64,000 bases of DNA, taken from the NCBI RefSeq assembly GCF_964188315.1, contig NC_135664.1, positions 77,624,001 to 77,688,000 of the forward strand. Reading direction: 5' to 3'. The stretch comes from Podarcis muralis. Lineage: Eukaryota. Below the pieces are notes generated by a model that saw only the letters and a list, made by a program, of their open reading frames with translations, did not search any database and had not been told where the DNA came from. The translations under genes were made by a program, and so were the position numbers. Each line of letters begins with the position of its first letter. The stretch's first letter is position 1. Of this stretch, positions 59,327-64,000 are shown in pieces.

Positions 59327-59843
59327 TGTGGTGTTGTTTACTGAAAGCAAAAAGCCCCAGACAAAAAGAGGGAGGAACTGGCAATGGGCCACGGACATGA
59401 GATAAAGGCCTAGGACACACGGTATGTTCTGAGGTGCAGCTGCAGAGGCAACTTGGTGGTGGTCCAGGAGGAGAGCAGAAGAGAGTGGGGAGATTCAATC
59501 CTTCTCCAAGCCAGCCCACAGACGGCAATGGGGGAAGAAGGCTATAAAAAGGACTCTCTGCATGCCCTCAGTGTGCCGGGACTAGCGCCACAGCTCGACA
59601 CCCACAGCTCTTGCGTGAGGCATGATCAACCCACGTGAAGGGCCTTGTGAGTATGGGTGAATGAACTGTGAGTGTCTGAGCCTCTTGGTACCAATGTATT
59701 AAAGTATACCTGACTATGTGAAATAAATGTTGCATGAAAGGTGTGTAAACCCAGATCTGGTCTCCGACATGTCTTATTGAAAGTCCTATAGCATACGGAA
59801 TATCACTTGTCTCTCCGGATTTCAAAAGAACCAAGTTACCACA
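59327..59843 (+). mobile_element. Solo LTR
   Basis: TGTGGT...ACCACA termini, CTATAAAAAG, AATAAA. Confidence 0.7.
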
Positions 59844-59949
59844 GTTTGGTGACAGGGCCATATTGGAAAGCTCATGATGTCTCGAACGCATAGACTGAGG
59901 AGCGCTTTCATCTCCAGTTCCTCATAAGGCTTAGCTTCCAGACCCTTGA

Positions 59950-61050
59950 TCATCTTGGTTGCCCTCCTGTGCAGCTACAAATGGTGGAAAATAATTTAGA
60001 GGAAAAAGAAGAGATGCACTCAAAGGGCGATTGCAGGAAAAATATTAGGGTCTGTAGAATACTGGAGAGCGAGGGTGAGGGAGGACTCACCCAATTTATC
60101 ATCAGTTTCATTCTGTGGATTTTGATTTCTTCCCTGAAGTGTTCAGTACTGAGAACACTATCAGATTTTTAAAATACAGAATTAAGGATCTACCTAACCA
60201 TGCATGAAGTTTGATTCGAGTGTGATTGAAATTTACCAGGGTACTTGTATGGAAACTGGAGAAAGTGCAGATATTCTTAGGCATTTACTCTGGCCTCAAA
60301 TGAAGTCAGCTATGTGTACAGATGGGCCTTCCCTTCCAAGTCACTCTTCCCATACAAAGGGCATCTAATGGCAGCAAGCAATGAGATCCATGCATTAGCC
60401 ATGCTTAGAATTGAACCCCTCCCCTCAAGATCTGGCATGTGATGGCAAGAAAGAAGGAGAAGACTGGTCAAAGCACCTTCCTAAAATTGGCAGAAAGAAC
60501 AATCCCTAAAATGCCACTGCACAAATTTGAGGGGGCCCAGCCCCCTCATTGATTATTATTTTTTTTGGGGGGGAGGGGCACTTCCCCCCCTCTATTTGGT
60601 TCTCCTGACAGGAGAAGAGGGTCTGAGGCACAGCTATAGTCCCTGCCTGCCACATGCTGTTCAGTGACGTGGAGTGCAGCCTCCAACTGCTCCAGGCTGC
60701 CTCTGGCTTCTCAGGTCACCCTCACTTTACAGTTTATAAGGTTTGTTGGGTTTTTTTATTTAGGCTGTTTGCCTGCGTTAATCCCATTCCTCACTGTTGT
60801 GTCCATTGGATTGCTTCTTGTTGAGAGCTGTCTTACGGCTCCGAGAAAAAAATTAAAACGCCTTCCACAATAAACTTTGATTCTATGACTTTAAAGCTAA
60901 TCTCCCTTAATGTGAACGGACTATGCTTGAATGATCTGTCACTACTGGAGAGGGAGAACCTCAATATAATGGTTTTGCAAGAAATTAAAATTAAATAAAT
61001 GCAAAAGCAATGACAAGCTTTTAAAAGTCGCCTGACTGGGTCATCAGTGC
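59950..61050 (+). mobile_element. Degenerate L1 ORF1 and start of ORF2
   Basis: RKNIRV..I.ESE, YRWAFP, MTLKLISLNVNGL..VLQE. Confidence 0.65.
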
Positions 61051-61084
61051 TCTGCCCTGGGAAACTGATAGGCAGCCACTGCAG

Positions 61085-61230
61085 TCAGGCCAGGATCCAT
61101 GTCATAGGCTCAGACCATCTTGTTGCAGTGAGCAACCTGGCTGCTGAATTCTGCACCAGCTGAAGTTTCCGAACCATCTTCAGATGCAGCCCCAAGTATA
61201 ACATGTTCCAGTAATCTAAGCTAGGGGTTG
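61085..61230 (-). mobile_element. L2 fragment; a further plus-strand L2 piece at 62110-62480
   Basis: LDYWNMLYLGL.LKMVRKLQLVQNSAARLL; AQFKVLILAYQAL. Confidence 0.7.
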
Positions 61231-62845
61231 GGGGTTGGGGTTTGGGGTTCTCTAGCTGGGCACACACCTGGGGCTGCACTGAACCCCCTGAAACCTTCAA
61301 TCCAGAGCCATTGCAGTGGAAATGCTTGGCTCCAAGGCCAGTGTCGGGCGCTCCTTGCAGTCTCCTCTGGGCTCCCCATCTGGCTGTGGCAGCGAGGGCA
61401 GGGCCAGGGGCCAAGGGCTGTGACCGGCCTTCTGAAGGTTGAGCCCAGCAGGGCTGGGCCTTGAGGGCCAGACCTTTGCTTGAATCCCACAGGGCTGAAG
61501 TGCCTTCCTCATCTCACTGAGTTGCAGGCCAGCTGGGTCTCTGGTCCCACCTAGCCAGGGATCCCCAAACCCACTTGTTCCCTAGACCTTGGAGGTCCCA
61601 GTTTCTGCCTCTAGCTAGGAGTGTGTCACAAGACTCTTTGACTGTTCTTACTGCAAGAGACCTGTGGTGATTTGGTCTCTCTGAATTGCTATATTGTGCC
61701 CCTGCACTTACAAAGTTCATTTCTCAACTGCCCACATTTAAATTTTCATCAGTTTTATCATCTGCATCCCAGCAGAGAGATTCAATCCAAACTGGATCTC
61801 TCTCAGTTCCTCTTGGCTTTCTCCCCCTTGATCAGTTTAAAAGCTGCTCTGCCACCTTTTTTATTTTTGGTGCCAGCAGTAGTCTGGTTCTATCCCTGGT
61901 TGAAGGGGAGCCTGCCGCTTTTCTACAGGCCTGGCTTGCCCCAGATAGTTTCTCAGTGCCTAACAAATCCAAACTCCTTCTCCTGATCCCATCGTCTCGT
62001 CCACACATTGAGACCACAGAGTCTGTCTGGCTTTGTGCGTGGAACTGGCAGCATTTCAGAGAAAGCAACCTTGGAGGTCCTGGCTTCCAGTATCCTCCAG
62101 TATCTCACACTGAGCATCTCACACTGATCCTGGCCTGACTGCACTAGCTGCCATTTAGTTTCCAGGCCCAATTCAAAGTGCTGATTTTAGCCTATCAAGC
62201 CTTAAATGGCTGAGGACCACAATAGCTCAAGGACTGCCTCTCTCAATATGAACCGACCTGGATGCTGCCATCATCTGAGGCCCTTCTTCATGTGCCTCCT
62301 CTGGCAACACAAGAAGAGGCCTTTTCTGCGGTGGCTCCCTGCTTGCGGGCTGCTTTCCCTTGGGAAGCTCACCTGACACTATCATTTATATCCTTAGGCA
62401 TCAGGCAAGACTTTCCTCTAGAACCAGGCATTTGGCCTTTAGCCTCAAACTATCTGTGGCCTTTTAGAAGTAAGTGAGATTTTCTCTCTCTTTCCCCTCT
62501 TGTTTTAATGTATCTAGGTGTGGGGTTTTGGGTTTTTTTTTGTGACTTTGGGTTGCCTTGGAAAAGATAAAGTGACCAACATGATGATGATGATGTTAGG
62601 TTCCAAATGCAGTGGTTTGTTTCATTTACATCAGTGGAGAACTTAGCATGTGGCCATTGACATCAAGCTGAAGAGCCAAAGGATATGCAGAAAACTGCAG
62701 TTAGTGAATGGCAAATGTACAGCTAAGGGGCAACACTGTGTTGTTGGTTTTTAAGTGTTTTACTGGAATTTTACTTAAGCTCTGGTGAAAAAAAGAGAGA
62801 AGAAATGTTCTGTATATTTCCTGGCCACCAGCAATGGGGAACTGA

Positions 62846-63225
62846 TGTTGTTGTTGTTTAGTCGTTTAGTTGTGTCCAACTCTTCGTGACCCCCTGGACC
62901 AGAGCACGCCAGGCACTCCTGTCTTCCACTGCCTCCCGCAGTTTGGTCAAACTCATGCTGGTAGCTTCGAAAACACTATCCAACCATCTCGTCCTCTGTC
63001 ATCCCCTTCTCCTTGTGCCCTCCATCTTTCCCAACATCAGGGTCTTTTCCAGGGAGTCTTCTCTTCTCATGAGGTGGCCAAAGTCTTGGAGCCTCAGCTT
63101 CAGGATCTGTCCTTCCAGTGAGCACTCAGGGCTGATTTCCTTAGGAATGGAGAGGTTTGATCTTCTTGCAGTCCATGGGACTCTCAAGAATCTCCTCCAG
63201 CACCAGAAATCGAAAGCATCAATTT
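62846..63225 (-). mobile_element. Bov-B (RTE) LINE 3' end
   Basis: Closely similar to the 49678 copy; GHLMRREDSLEKTLMLGKMEG. Confidence 0.92.
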
Positions 63226-64000
63226 TTGAACTGATAGGGATTGCTTAAACAAAGAGATGTGCACCACCCCAACCGAATAAATCTATACCACCAGAACAAG
63301 GTTTGATTAAGTTGAACAGTTGGGAAATAAGGAATATTTCCAATAACTGTGAAGCTGGAATTTCCCCATTTTTAAAGCTCAAGCACAAAGACATGGGATC
63401 AGAAGGGCCCTGGGCTCCTACTTACGTCCTGTTTTAGGTTCCACGTCTGATGTGTCATTCTCTGTCCAAGCACAGCAATTCTGTTCCTAGCCGACTACTA
63501 TTTTGCTGTAGTACGTGGGCATTTATGACTGCAGTGGGAAATTTATGGCCTCATCCATCATGCCCCTGATCCCCATTGCCCAACCCTGCTTAAACCCAGC
63601 AGTTCCCTTGGACTTAAGAGGAGAGACGTGTGTTGGTTGATATAGCTATCTTGCGGTGCCACACCTGACGTTTGAGTTTCCCCCTCAGCTGACATCTTCA
63701 GGAAGGCGGTTGCATCTGATGTGTGGAGAAAGGGTTAGGCCTCTTCCTCAGCACTGCAGACCCCGTCCAAATCAAGGCAGGCCTGGTCATTTGACGGGAT
63801 AATAGAATGTCTGGAAAACTTCATAATAGGATGTACCAGAAGTAATAAGCAGGAGAAAGTCAGTCAGGAAATAATGGGAATATTATAGGATGTGTTCCAA
63901 TTTTAAATTGACTGCAAACTTGGGGCCCATTTTCCAATCTGACATTTGTAAGTCACCCCAGAAATCTGTCACTAGTTATCTGTATAAGGTCATGAGTTTA

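Noticed and set aside
63420-63700. Minus-strand donor GAC|GTAAGT suggesting an exon of a further gene
   Set aside because: No recognisable protein motif or partner exon within the window.

Overview
Vertebrate genomic DNA, almost certainly from a squamate and probably a lacertid lizard (inferred from Sauria-type SINEs, Squam3-like SINEs, Bov-B, CR1, L2, L1 and Rex1). There are no prokaryotic features and no CRISPR array. Five protein-coding loci are supported. (1) SBF1/MTMR5 coding exon 1 on the minus strand, in a CpG island; the rest of the gene lies left of the window. (2) ADM2 (intermedin), with two coding exons on plus and a 180-aa precursor. (3) An 11-coding-exon GCNA/ACRC gene (558 aa; IDR + SprT HExxH + Zn finger + HMG-like box) that only assembles in frame through two GC-AG introns. 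(4) A single-exon-CDS CCDC166-like gene on minus. (5) A KRAB-C2H2 gene with a stop codon in its KRAB-A exon but an intact 18-finger array. The most notable signals are: an ATF4/C-EBP composite element inside the ADM2 signal-peptide codons, at the same codon position as in human (recalled), plus three more in intron 1; GCNA located beside SBF1-ADM2, where MIOX would be expected; a GC-versus-GT donor 'poison' switch and a CDE/CHR promoter in GCNA; a TISU-type uORF in SBF1; and a half-tRNA-primed Copia relic. All gene and repeat identities come from recalled motifs and manual translation, not database searches. Repeat boundaries are approximate unless TSDs or TIRs are quoted.
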